Shown here: positions 50,875-64,000 of the stretch, in pieces
Layout of the letters: every line of letters begins with the position of its first letter
Numbering within the stretch: position 1 is the stretch's first letter
DNA from: Blasia pusilla
Lineage: Eukaryota
Reading direction: 5' to 3'
DNA: 64,000 nt
Assembly (NCBI GenBank): GCA_050084515.1
Contig: CM114271.1
Coordinates: 39,184,001-39,248,000 of the forward strand
Translations under genes and position numbers: made by a program
The notes under the pieces: model-generated
Databases searched by the model: none
Told to the model about the DNA's origin: nothing
What the model saw: only the letters and a program-made list of their open reading frames with translations

Positions 50875-51410
50875 ACTCCTGAGGAGCTAAATGACTCAGG
50901 ATACCTCTTCCGCGAGCGGCGTTACTTCCAGTACGAGTAATCTTCATGACCATTTCTAAATCACCAATGAGACTCCAACTGCTGGAATACTATCAGGAGT
51001 ACGTAGAGAAACGAATTCGAGAGCGTTCTCAAAGGGCTAAACAGTTCAGAATTCTTCTTCCCCCGACTCTATTTCGGAGGGAGCCGCAACTTCAAGAACC
51101 GAGTAACTTTCGGTGAGACACTAACTGCAGGAATAATTTCAAGAGTGTGAAGAGCGGCACGACTTCAGGGCTTTCCCAAAGTACTAAATGCTAAATAAAT
51201 CCTCTTTCCAGGAGCAAGTTCGGAGGTAAACGCAACGTCAAGCACGAACACCAGTCATCAACAATTCATGAACAACCAATGGGACTCCCACGGCTGGAGT
51301 AAACACGAAAGAGTACCTGGACACACATTCAAAGCTTCTCCTGAGGAACCAATAGATACAATCACCTCTTTCGGCGGCCGGACGTAAGCGCAACTCCAAG
51401 CACGAACAAA
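50875..51410. repeat. Four degenerate tandem units, period ~146-165 bp
   Basis: Anchor motif at 50921 (GTTACTTCCAGTACGAG), 51086 (GCAACTTCAAGAACCGAG), 51232 (GCAACGTCAAGCACGAAC), 51390 (GCAACTCCAAGCACGAAC). A second block CCAATG(A/G)GACTCC...GCTGGA also recurs. Confidence 0.7.
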
Positions 51411-51722
51411 CCGCGCAGACAGTTCACAAACCCAGGACTGAAGTCCCGCAACGGAGCCCAGGGGCCGGCAACCTCCTATGAAACTAAAGCCTACACACGG
51501 TACGAGACGAGTGGCTCAGATTAGCTCCCGCCATCTGTAAGGGTTTGAATTCGAAGGCGAAGTTAGCGATGCCACTCGCTGTACAGATACAACGAATGAG
51601 GGACGCGCCGGAAATGGCTGCAGATCTACGAACGCGAAAGTATCGGAAGAGCCCAGACGAGAGGTGGAGAGGAGTGGCGATCAGCCATGTGGACGGCGTT
51701 TTCGTCCTCAGCTGAGGATGCG

Positions 51723-51770
51723 CGTCGGCCCGACGTGGAGCCGGCCGACGGAGCAACGACGCCACGTGTC
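51723..51770 (-). promoter_or_regulatory. ABRE/G-box plus DRE/CRT cluster
   Basis: GCCACGTGTC at 51761-51770 (GACACGTGGC on minus, Em1a-type ABRE), ACGTGG at ~51733, GCCGAC cores at ~51724 (minus) and ~51744 (plus). Lies at the edge of the CpG-rich island. Confidence 0.5.
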
Positions 51771-52652
51771 TGCGGATGGTTTGACCTAAAACCATTGACA
51801 TGGTGGTATGATGTGACTGTCTTGATTTCCTCGCTTCTCAACTACTCCGCTCCGCTAAGAGAATCACCATCATCAATGTCTTTATTTATTCGTGAGACCC
51901 CTTTTTCATCTTGCTCTCTCTTCCACCAATCAAACAAAAATCCTCTGCCCAGAGATATAGGTCCCTCACTATATCTGGCTACCGCTGAATGACGTCCTCC
52001 CCTATTTAATCGACGCATAACTTCCAGAATAAATGGCGCCACATTTTTTGCATGCAGTCAAATGATCTTATCTATTTTAGTTGTTTTTTCTTCTCTTTTG
52101 TGAAATATTTTAATGTTTACGTTGTCGTGCTATTTCTCATGGCAAGATCTTGTCCCTTTTTCGATAGTTGAACTTCTATGGGTGTAGATTTCTTTTTTAT
52201 ATGCTAAAAAAATTCATGTCTTCATTAAAAAACTACTTGATTTTAAATGGGAAATTCAAACTATTCTATTAATATTTGTTTTTTAGTTATGTGTTCATCC
52301 ACCTTCATTATTTGTGATCCATTCTCTTGGGAAGATTGAACAAATCTCCTTAAATTTTGCCTCCAATCAATTTTTTAATGGACTTAAATTGCACTAGAAA
52401 GATTAACATCTTTGTGCCAATGCGATGCTTTGAGCTATAAGAAACCTCTATAACACGTTGGAGAGCCATCCACATTTGTTTCTCTTGATAAATGAAGAAA
52501 CCCCCTTCATACTTCCCTCTTTAGATAATTGGGGGTTCCTCTATTTTCTACATTTCCTTCTTCATCCTATCCATGTCATATTTTCATCGCATTATCTTCT
52601 ATGTATCTCTAATCCTTAAAGGAATTGAGGGTTCCTATCTACCTTGTCTTTT

Positions 52653-52655
<3 letters not shown>

Positions 52656-52690
<35 letters not shown>
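52656..52690. repeat. (TC)n microsatellite
   Basis: Directly visible. Confidence 0.95.
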
Positions 52691-52692
<2 letters not shown>

Positions 52693-53829
52693 GGCCTATC
52701 CTTCTTGAGAGAGATCATTTCCCCGAAGAGGAGATAAGATCATAAGAGGTTCATATCATTTATGCATTATAATTGAATGAACAATTATTCCTATCTATCC
52801 TACTTTTTCCTATTGAAAACTCCATCTCATATCTCATCTCTTCTATTGTTGAAAATTAAACACTATTTCAAACAAATATATGAAACACTCACTTTGTCAA
52901 AATTTACCCTTCCCATCTCCTATTGAAACTCATAAACTTTAAACAAAATCTATTGATGTTCCCTTGATTTGAAAGTTTATCCCTATACCATTGACAAAAC
53001 ATGGGGGTTACTAAATGTAGATAGGAAAAGACTAAGTAAAGGTATAAGAAGTAAAGCTTTCTAATCAAACAAATTTTATCATCTTACCTTCTGGATGTAG
53101 GATTGCTTTTCCATCCGCAGGCATATTGGTTACGTAAATCCAACAAACTCGTGTCGTACTTTTATTGTTGGCTCAAAGAAGCTTTGCACTGACCCGTTAG
53201 TCCACCCAAATGTTCACATGACATTGGTTGTGTGGATTTAGTTTCATATGTCATTTTATGAAGTATTGCGCTATTCTATCTCAGTATATTAATGATAGTT
53301 ACGATATTAACTTTGGTATAACTCGAGAGCCTCCAATAATTTCCATAACCAAAGTTGCAGTCAAGGAAGTCGGGGCTATAGATGCAGATGAAGTTAGAGC
53401 TCTAGATGAAGAGAAGGTTGGAGTTGTGGCAAAAGGAAACAAGCTAGGCTCTAGCTAGTTGGTTTTTCAAAATTTATCTCAAATGTGTATAATAGTTATA
53501 ATAGGTTGCTAGGACGATTCAATTAACTTGCAACGCACACTATCGCTATCCTTGCAGCTATCTCTACTGATCTTGATGATCACCATTATTCGTGACCCCA
53601 TATGTATTTTTTCCCTTTCACTCAAATATTGGTATTATTATAATTTATCCTTTTGATTATAATGATTGTTTCATGTTTTAGGAGCATAGTTTCAAAGTAT
53701 TGATTCGATTTATAGCAATGGAATAAGGCTTATATACCCAATAGAATTCATGAATATATGTTTTCCATCAAGATTTCCATTGGCTTACTTTACTTTGAAG
53801 ATTGAAGCTTCGATCATATTTTTATGGAA

Positions 53830-54650
53830 TTTGAATAAAGCAAAACGGGCTCGTTTTTATTTAAGACGATCACAATTTTCTATTCGTCTAGCCTTTGCAA
53901 TGACGATCAATAAGTCTCAAGGTCAAATATTAAAGAGAGTTGGCATTTACTTGCCAAATCTTATATTTTTTGCTAGCAATTATGTGTTATTTTATCTATA
54001 GTAGATTCAAGCAATTCAATTCATATGATGGTTGATAATCAAAATCCAACAAACGTAGTTGGTGTTCATACCATAAATGTTGTATATCATGAAGCGCTAA
54101 CTTGAGAACAAATATAAGGATTAGGTTCTAAATTTTTACTTATCCTCATTCTTTCTATTGAGATTGTTATATTTATATTTTCAATTAATATTATTTTAAA
54201 AAATAAAAAATGTAGTGAAGGGCTACCAAGAAATCCATTAATTTGAAGGGAAGGAAATGTTTATTCAAAACTATGTCATACTATTTTTGGGTAAGGGAAC
54301 ACAACAATAACCATTTGATACTATACCGTTTCACGGGAGACATTAATTTATGAAGTTAACAAAATTAATTATCTTTTATCTGTTGGGGTCGTCCCTTCTT
54401 TTTTGCATTCATGTTTAATTTCCTTGTGTTGACACGTGTCGGAACCACAAAAGGCTTCATAGGACATGTGTCAAGAGGAGCAAGAAGGATTCTCTAACCC
54501 CGTCCTCCCTTAATAGTATAGATGGGATGAGCCATTCTATATAAGTGTTTGGAAATTTGACATGTATAATTGCGTAAAAGGAAGTTGAAATTTTTATATC
54601 CATATAATTTTAAGCTTTGATATCGAGCATCGCACAAAAATTCTTACTAG
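53830..54650 (+). mobile_element. Helitron 3' relic: PIF1-like helicase C-terminus plus terminal CTAG
   Basis: RRSQFSIRLAFAMTINKSQGQILKRVGIYLP (RepHel helicase motif), then TINVVYHEALT* at ~54070-54105. Degenerate end CGAGCATCGCAC...ACTAG|T at 54624-54650. Confidence 0.85.
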
Positions 54651-57600
54651 TCATTTTATATTTACATGTGGCCTAAATGTATGAATTCCCTTCCAACAAA
54701 TAGATGCAAATGAAAGCAATGATCCAAAAGCAATGATCCTTGAATGAACAATATTGTATTTGAAGCATCATAACTATACATTTATATGAATAAGGGCATC
54801 ATCTATTTTCTAATAACACTATATTTGCATGCCACGTGTGAGGCCTTCACACTACTATTATACTTGTGTGAACATTACAATATTCCAAACTATTAATTTT
54901 TACATAAACGAATGTTCCATTTTATTAAAGAAATCAACATCTTTGTAGGCAGGGAAAATTTTAATATGTTTTAGAAACTAGGTCTATTTTTAAGATCAAA
55001 GATATAAAGGGATAATATCATAATCGAGGAAACAAACTGGTTTTGGACTAGGGAGAATATTTCATAAATGGTGGTTGGGAAGTCAAGGGGGATTTCCCCC
55101 CTAACTCAAGAAGAATTTTTTTTTGGGAAATCAAAGAATGAAAATTTTGGTTTCCTATTAAATCTCATTAAAAAAATTTATAAATGCATCTATATTATTA
55201 TTTGCGTTAATTTATTGTGATGAAATCTATGACTGAGGCATGTATCTAAAGACGTTACAAGGAAATTCAATTAAAGAGGTTACAAGAAATACCAAGCAAA
55301 AATAATTGAAGATAAATTTTCCATCACGGGATGTATTCAACTTGTATTATCTAACCAAATAAGTTTCACAAATATCAGCCCATATTTTTAACATTATTAA
55401 AAAATCATATTTATAAGGATTTTAGTGACTATACTTCCTTTCCATCTATATGACACAATGCATTATACCGGAACTAAAAGACTAGTAGGCTTGTTCTCTT
55501 TTGAGATAATGGATTAGATCATAATATTTAACATCCAACATGAACACATACATAACATTTATTTTTTACATTCTTATAACATTAAATACAGTGTCTTCCG
55601 TGTTACTTTTTGCAAATTATATATATACTAATGTCATATTTTCATATCCTTGAAGTTGAAAATTAATATAGCCAATAATATTTTACTCATGAATATCTAA
55701 GTGGAACAAACACGTTTTTCTATGCCTAACTTTAATGAGTTGATGTCAAAATGAAATAATTTCTTTCATCAATTATTATAGCCATCTTTATAAAATATCA
55801 ATAATAACGTAAAACTTGAAAAAAAATAAGCATTATATTTCATTACATTTATAATACGAGAAATACATTTTTATGTAAGATGAGGATGGTTTTTATATAA
55901 TCAAAGTAATTTGAAGTAAAAATTTATTTTCTAGGGGTTATAAAACACGCTAATGATAATATGAGTCATGATAAATTTTTGTAGTCTCTTCTCATCCTTA
56001 CCCCATGACAGCGAATGATGGATAAGGATTGAACGATACAAGTGTCCAAGGCCCATAAAAAATATAAAGATTATACCATTATTACGTTTGAAGAATTAAA
56101 GTATTATAGTTATGCATATTTGGGTATTCCATAAGATTTTAACATAGCATTTAACCATTCTAATCCTATTGATTCCCATTTGATATTTCCCTAAAACACC
56201 TATTTTTAGTGATGGTATAAATGCTACTATGCAGCATATGTGACGCATATAGTAAATTATTTTCATTTTTACAAAACTTAATATATATTTTTTCATATAA
56301 TCCATAAGATCTCTCTCCTAATAATAATGTATGTTATCTAGCAATGTATATAAAAGTTTTTAAGACAATTTAATAGAATGTGCAACGTAAAAAGAATAAA
56401 TTAACTTAAAATCAATGAAATAAATTATATAAAATAAGAATTATAAATTTATCACGATAAATCTTAATGGTAGAATTGATTTATCCAGTTAAGCATTAAA
56501 TTAATGGATAATACCATGTATATTTTTCATTCCTTAATTCCTTAATTTCTTAATGCTTGTCGTAGAAAATCTATTGTGATTTATTTATAAATGATTTTGC
56601 ATGAAAAAATCACATCAATATTCAAATACAGAAAATTCTGCTTATAATTTATTCCATATAATTTTGGAATAATATTTTGATAAGTTGGAATTCTTGAACT
56701 AAAAGTGTCGTGATGGGATACATTGGGGTAAGATAAATATATATTATAAGAAATAACAATCATCAACTACATATCATGATGATTTTCAAATAGATTTTGC
56801 AAGAGTGAAGGATTCTAAAGTTGAGAAATTTGGGAGGAGATGATATACCCTAGTATTATCATATAAGGGCTTTTGTCTTATTAAATTTATTTTCAGATAT
56901 TTTATCAATAAAATGCATGATGCTTATAAAATAAATTGGTTAAAATTTATTTGATTATAATTTTGGTTTCTACATAAAAAAAATATGCAAGAGACCCTCG
57001 TAGCAATTTAATTTATCCATGTGAATTTGGTGTAATATCACAAAAAATATTATAGCTTAAAATATTGTAAATGTAAACTCTTCTTATAGGCAAAAGGCAT
57101 GATTGGTTATTTTTATCAAATATTTATGCTGGTATATGCATGATATGCAAAATTTTCATGTTTGGTATTTTTATCAAATAGTTCTAATGATGAGAATTTC
57201 ACACGATCGAGATATGGATTTATACCAAACCCAACAACCAAAGAACGATCATATGATACATATTTGAATAATGGAGTTCAACATAAAACAAAACAAATTC
57301 AATAATAAAAAGAAAATATTTTGAAATAATTTTATTATGACAAAAATATATTATCAAAAACCCTCCTTATGCACATGTTCTCAACAATATACCTCACATT
57401 GAAAATATTCTAAATTTCCCCTTCTTGATTTGGAAAAAGAACAAATTCTTCTTTCCCTTGCCAATCCTTGTTATCCAATGTCATAAAAGAAAATCACGTT
57501 TAATATTTTTACGACAAATTATTGTCCTTCCATTCTCATATCTTGCCTCCTCATCTTTGATCCAAGGGGTTTTATTTTACAAATACATTTAATTCCTTCT

Positions 57601-59139
57601 CCCAATGCCAAAACCAAACTTGGATATTCTGAAAGATTCATTCAAAAATAAGAATACAAGAAAATAACGAGTAGGAGGGAGATAAGAAAATTCCAAAATA
57701 AGCCTAGCATTTTTGTACTCTATATATAATTATTGAATAAATTAATAATTTAAAATATATAATATATGATTTTAACTAATCTATCATATTGTTAGCATTG
57801 TATATGGAAATATTCCCGAAAAATATCATGCCCAATTTTTATAGGCTTTCTCTCCTTGTCTTAGTATAGCAGATAATTGAATGAAGTGAACAGTAAATAA
57901 GCCTTCCTACCTCTCATATGGATAAAATCTCATGAAAAAGGGCTATCACAATTAATAATATTGATTATTATTGGACCATACACAAGTAGTAACAATAAAA
58001 AAATAGTCAATACTTTAATTTCTCTCCAAATATATGATTTTTTTATGATAGTAAACATTGAGTGACGAGAAATGAAGAAGAATTTTTATTTAGAAGGGAA
58101 TTATTTAAATCAAGTAGGTTGAAATTTTAATCAAAGAAAATAAAAATTTATCCTAATAGTAAGAGGAGAGGACGAAGTGTTTTCAAATAAAGAAAGAAAA
58201 TATGAGGTGGAATTTTAGATTAATCATAAGATCTGATATGCTAAAATTTGGAAAATTAAGATGTTCATATTTTTTTCATATTTATGATAAAGTTGTTTTA
58301 TTATGGATTTTTGTAAGTACATGTAGATTAGGTAGTAATTATTATTATTATCGGATAGGGCATGAGAATATAGAAGACAAATATAAAAGCATATGGTTCA
58401 TAGTTATTATAGGATTAGGAGAGTGGTTAGACTTGGAGGGAAGCGCAAGGCGATGATTAAGGAACATAGGATAAGACAGGATAAAGATTCATATTATTTT
58501 TTTAATTCCCTTCTTATGATCCCAAAAGATTTATGAGTATTTTCCATGCTTAAGCTCTTGACAGCAAGTGATAGTTGTGCTAGATAGCCATCCATATTAT
58601 CATTAAAGACATGCCTCTCAACAAAAAATATCTTCCACTTTGACATATGTTCACTTAAGTGGCCTTCTATTATAACATTTGTCCCATATAATTAATTAGT
58701 TATCTAACTAACTTAGAGCAAACGGGTATACCAATGGTATATCCGTTTGCATATTAACGAGTGTACGACACACCCATCCATTAATTATCATATATGCAAC
58801 CCTATACTTTATATTTGGTTGTCCCAACGTAGGGTTGTGCAATCTGACTTATAATGTTCATCGTCTTGTTATTCAATTCATAATGTTGCACATGATAACA
58901 CATGACATATGATACTTGCATTAATTAAAATAAGATTTAGAGATTCAAATAGCACTAAAATCCCCGCCCAAGGAAAATGTGATACAATATGGTTTTGTTG
59001 TATACCACAACTCATAATCTTTACATTGTTCCACCTGCAAATAATTCAATCTTCTCATGGCTTGCCAATTTATTAAGAAACAATTGGGTGTTGCTTTCCT
59101 ATATCAACATGACAATAGAAGACAAGTTACTTGAAGTTA

Positions 59140-60080
59140 TATCGTAGAGAAGAATGGAGCAATATATAATAATACTCAACACACAATAGAAACAAGGAGG
59201 TTATGTTGAATGATAAAATATTCCTAAATTATATTTTGTACAAGAAGTTACGTTTACAAAGAGTCTAACTAGTCAAATGCATGTAATAAGAGTCTATTTA
59301 ACATCATAAGATGTCTTCACATGCAACAAACTTTGTCTTTTATTCCTTAAGATATTTGGTCGTATATATTTTGTTCATATTCCTAGTGAAGAGTTCAAGA
59401 AGTTTTAGAGAAGAAGGCAAAAGAATTATTTTCTTGGGCTATATTATAGATAACATCATCTTTCTACTAATTTGTTCCACATGAATAGATTGATGTGGTG
59501 TTTGACGGATTGAAATCATATTATGATATGAAAAACCAAATTAAATTCAAATTTGTATCAAGCTTAGTAGCAAATTCAAAATGTAGACAAATAAAATAAA
59601 TTAGCATCATCCAAAAAAACCAAGAAAGGATAATGAGAGATGATAAACTCTCGTAAATCTTAGAGTTCATGGTGTGGACCCTTTTGACTGGAAATGATTA
59701 TAGCTAATGAAGCAATTTAAGCATTAGGTGGAACAAGCGATCAATTAGATAATCCAAGAGATGATGGAATAAAAGATTCTAGTCTACATTTAACTTCCAC
59801 ACTCAACGAGTCAAACATTCTAGGATGTATTATGCAAAGATTTTGTGTGATGGATTTTTGGCTGTTCACCATGCATACGTGATGTAGACTCTCCACGTAT
59901 ATGAGCCTGTGTCTTGAAGAGGCAATCTAGGAACCAAAAGTGAGTTTAAACTATTGATGATAAATGATGAAAAAATTTGAGAGTTGTTGATCTTCCACAT
60001 GGTAATAAGACAATTGGATGTAGGTGGATGTTTAAGATGAATCGTAATTCCAATAGCAATGTCAACTAATTCATGGTCAA
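59140..60080 (+). mobile_element. Highly degenerate Ty1/Copia integrase-RT relic
   Basis: ~59150-59250 reads like integrase NG.....N.H.IET.R.ML.DK.IPK; ~59980-60065 VVDLPHGNKTIGCRWMFKMNRNSNSNV matches the start of Copia RT. Confidence 0.7.
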
Positions 60081-62884
60081 GGAATATATACACATATTTG
60101 CTTTGATGTATCTTGGTGCAGTTTTGAGGATGCAAGAAGGGAGATATTGAGATATGAATCAACGATTCATTTTGGACTTTACTAGTCATTCTCAAAGCCT
60201 TTGGAATTATATGGATAAAGTAATGCAAATTGGGGGAGGAGTGGCTTTGGTAGAAGATCAATTTTCAATTATGTGCTCAATTTTAGAAGTGACTTGTGTG
60301 CTTAGATCGCTATCTAAAATTATGCACCAAAAAAAGAGGATTTTAGGGCAAATACTCATTTTCCTTATCTTTAGATATATAGGGAGAAGAATGAGGTCCT
60401 CTTTGTGCACATTCTCATTCTTCTTATTTATGTAAGCTCTCTCTCACTCTCTCATATTCATGAATGTAGACTTAGAGGAATGAGTAGTTTCTATAGAATG
60501 TCAAATCAAGGGATTTGTTTGTTTTTGTACTGTGGGTAAAACCAAATAGGGAACCATTCCATCCACACGAAGCTATGTTTTCTCTTATACCCATCCTATG
60601 TCATAGGATGGGTATAGGAGAAAAATAAATGTTTTGAAGACCTTTTGAGCAAATTTTCTTTGACCACCTTATGTTGAGTTTTATAAATGTTTTTTTCTTA
60701 TTTATCTTGCATAACCATCCTTGCTAAACTATATATATAAATAAATAATAGATATCACAGGTCGCATTACATAAACTCAAGACGTCTTCACCCATGTTAG
60801 TTGATGTGGGATGAGCACGATGATAGGTATCATACTACTAGATCCAAAAAAGAATCCTTGCTTATCTCATGTTGTAAAATTATTATATACTATGATTGTG
60901 TTAGGCAATAGCAAAGATTCATACTACAAAAATTATAAATATTACTTGCATGGATTATCCATGTGACAAATGTCGGTCAAATTTATTCCCAAGATAAGTC
61001 GAGGACTATCCAAGAAGTATTCATCTTTTAATAAGATAGATATTAGTGTTTAATCGATGTGAAGTAATAAATAAGGTTTCTTTCATTTATATACAAATTT
61101 GGAATTTATATTTTATGAGTTTCTCAAATACTTCATCGTATGATGAGATCTTGTTCCATGTAAATATGCTGGTACCACCAAAACGATGAATTAATGATAT
61201 TAAAGAAACAAGTAAAATTACCAAAAGTAATGAGGGAAACAAATATAAAAAGTCATAATTCTACTTCTTTTAGAAGGTTGGTTATAAATTTGTTGTTATG
61301 TTATTTTAGTGTTATGTTTGGTCATAATGTGATGGTTCTAGTTGACCATTTATAAAGGAGGGGATTTTTGTCCTCTCTACCATTGAGGTTCTATAGCTCT
61401 TGCAAAACTTCCATGGAAAATAGACATAAAATTGGAGTTTGGATGTGTCCACATAAGATGATGTAGTCATTGAGATGAGATGAGTTGATATTGTGGCGCT
61501 CTAATCAAATAAGGGTAAGTACTTTTAGTGGTTTGAAGGAATTGAAGGTTGTGAACTTGATGTTAATAAGTTGATAAGTTCTGGTATAATTTTTTATGTG
61601 ATGAATGCCTTAAGGTGAATCTCCTCCACACGTGCATTTTTGTAGTAATTAGATTTGAGTCCGCTTTGATCTACATGAGGTTTATACAAGTCCCACCCTT
61701 GGGGTTCTCTGGTTAGATTTATTCTGAAACCAAACCTAGAGGTTGTAGCGTGAGATTGATGAAATTATGAATAAATGGATTCCATGTGTGTATTGTTGAT
61801 ATGTTGCTTTAAGGGCTTATCATTGCAAATGGTTTTGATCTTGGAGAGCTTTATACTTGCAAGTCCTCACCACAAACGAAAATTAATGTGCGCTTTATGG
61901 TTTGGGTTAAGAGTAGATTTCAATTGTCAAATTCAAGGATACATAAATGACATTCATAATTTGTTTTGTCAGATTTCTTCCTCCTCAAAGCTCCAATTCA
62001 TCTATATTGAAAATATTCATGCTATTAATTTTGCTTGATTCTTCATGTTGATGCCTACCATGTATGTCATGGAAAAATGATCGGGATTCGATTTAGGTCG
62101 TATGAAAATGGTTAATGCCAATAATGGACTACACAATTCCGTAACAAGTTTGAAAATTTATGTTAGGGCGTAGTTCTATTGAATGTTGGCAAACTACATA
62201 ATTTCAATTCAATAGGTTGCTTATATTGCATCATGTTCAAACAAGTTGAATCACAATATCTGTGGGAAGTACACAACTTATTAAGGGAAATTGGAACAAG
62301 GACCTTCATAAACCTTTGGGCTCTAAACCAATGCCTCCTTACATACTTGAATTGGCTACCGGTTGTAGAGTATGACCTCTATTGCATCTAGCTTCCTAAC
62401 AAAACACTCCTAACCTCAAGCTTTGCAAGTGGCATAGAAGACTCAGGTTGAGTCCCATAAACTCAACCGATTGCGCATTTTGAAGGTAGCGAAGAATCCT
62501 CCTGATGGTAATCGGGTTGAGTCTCTCAAAGTGCAAACTTTCTACATAGGATTCCTCTTCCCCAAGCCTCAACCAAGCTCCCTCAGTTCCTCGTCTATAG
62601 CAAAATGTATTGGATAATTCCTCAAGATGCATCCCCTAACTCAAACCTGAAACACGACCGAACGCGCATCACGATTAAGTCTTGTTTCAAGGACTTGAGC
62701 AAGTAGGAAAGAAGATTTTATCCTCTTATAGGTACTTCTAGGGTTCTTTTGGGGAATCCCAACTTCCAAAATATTGCTCGCAGGCCCTTGATTTAATCCT
62801 CAACCTAAATGCAACTTGCGACTTGCAGACTGGAGTATGATTGGTTATCCATCAAGATGGGTTGGCGTTGGCTTCATGGAGACT

Positions 62885-63308
62885 ATGCAACTCTTGGCTC
62901 CCCAAATGGATCTTGGAGCTTGGACCCACGTTTTGTGTGTCTTATGGCTAGTGCTCATCTTGACTCCTTGTTTCGAGTCTCATGGTTGTCTTGTTGTCCT
63001 TTGAATATTGTGGCTAGTCTCGTGGCGTTTCGCCGTCTTGGCTACTCACACATTCCTAACTTCTCAAGCTTGACTTAGTACTTGGTTCTAAGGTCTGAAA
63101 TCTTAATTGGATGTTCTTACGAGTAGCTATGTCATTTCTCGCATGAGGCTTGTCTCAAGATATGTGCATCTCACCTAGTGCTAGTCCAGGTTTAGTTTTT
63201 CCGCCCTTCATAATCTTGTTACTAGCTATTTTAGGTTATGAATTTGGCAGGTCATACTGAGGTCTTAGATCCTTGGACTCGCTTGCTAGGGTGGGCACTA
63301 TAGACTTA
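62885..63308. repeat. Dispersed repeat, inverted homolog of 43667-44125
   Basis: Reverse complement aligns with 43667-44125. Confidence 0.75.
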
Positions 63309-64000
63309 GTTATTCATGATGCTACCTTGTTGTAAATTGTCTATTGGATGTTTTTGTTCGATCATCCATCGACATCCAAAAAATCATTTTGCATTTTATG
63401 GAATCCTAAACACTTCATCCATTTTGATACCCCAAGTTATAGGGATGGAAGATTTCTAAGCCATGAAGGGATCCATTGATTTTTGTCGTTAAATTGTGAA
63501 GCGAGTGCATCGTATGGGCATTTCAACTAAGTATCAACTACATGGGGTTTTAGACAAATCAAGATGGTCCTCTCTAGTATAAATCTCCTAGTAAGTTGTC
63601 CATAAGTGATCGCACCATGCATGTTCACCCTCGTGTTTTCGTCTCAAATTTCTCTAAAAGTAGGAAAAAGGACACATGTCAAAAAATAAGTACACCAATA
63701 ACACATGCCACTATTTTGGGTGTGGCACTCCTTCCACAATAATATAGATTTTCCCCAAGCTCATTAACCTCCATTTTAATTATATGGAAGAAAATAAAAC
63801 ACACTCAAGTATTAGAAATAAACTAGTTAGCATGCTCGTGCTTGCCCACGAAAACGAATTTTTAAAAATGATAGTATTTTTCACTTCATTTTTAAAAAAA
63901 AATTTCCACATTCTTAAATCTTGAAGGAGTAACGACATTCCACTCTTCTAGATAACTTCATTCCTCAATAAAGATTTAAATGATGCCCCACTCCCTTAAA

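Noticed and set aside
50875-51410. CRISPR-like repeat-spacer array
   Set aside because: Eukaryotic context, degenerate repeats, homologous intervening sequence and no cas genes.

Overview
Eukaryotic, intron-containing land-plant DNA; a bryophyte (possibly liverwort) source is my inference. Gene islands sit between AT-rich, TE-littered spacers. I reconstructed three intact host genes exon by exon: (1) a 5-exon, 873-aa protein joining an N-terminal RING + IBR-like module to a C-terminal BIRC6-type ubiquitin-conjugating domain (16270-21495, +); (2) 40S ribosomal protein S13 (5 exons, 151 aa, 36110-37419, -); (3) chloroplast NDH subunit O (7 exons, 180 aa, 44729-47735, +). A 4.3-kb hAT (ZNF862-like) transposon with long TIRs (25302-29628) carries a damaged transposase. 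Its 3' region holds two 55-nt tRNA-like (mascRNA-like) folds and a G-U-rich hairpin on the sense strand, which is the most unusual signal here. Next to it is an intronless island with an inverted duplication of leucine-rich-repeat coding DNA and orphan ORFs. A probable minus-strand transcription unit at about 47.9-51.7 kb has an ABRE/DRE motif cluster, four degenerate ~155-bp repeats and a miRNA-like hairpin. The rest is hAT and Tourist-like MITEs, Helitron ends, and Copia/Gypsy-like relics. All assignments were made by eye; no database searches were run.
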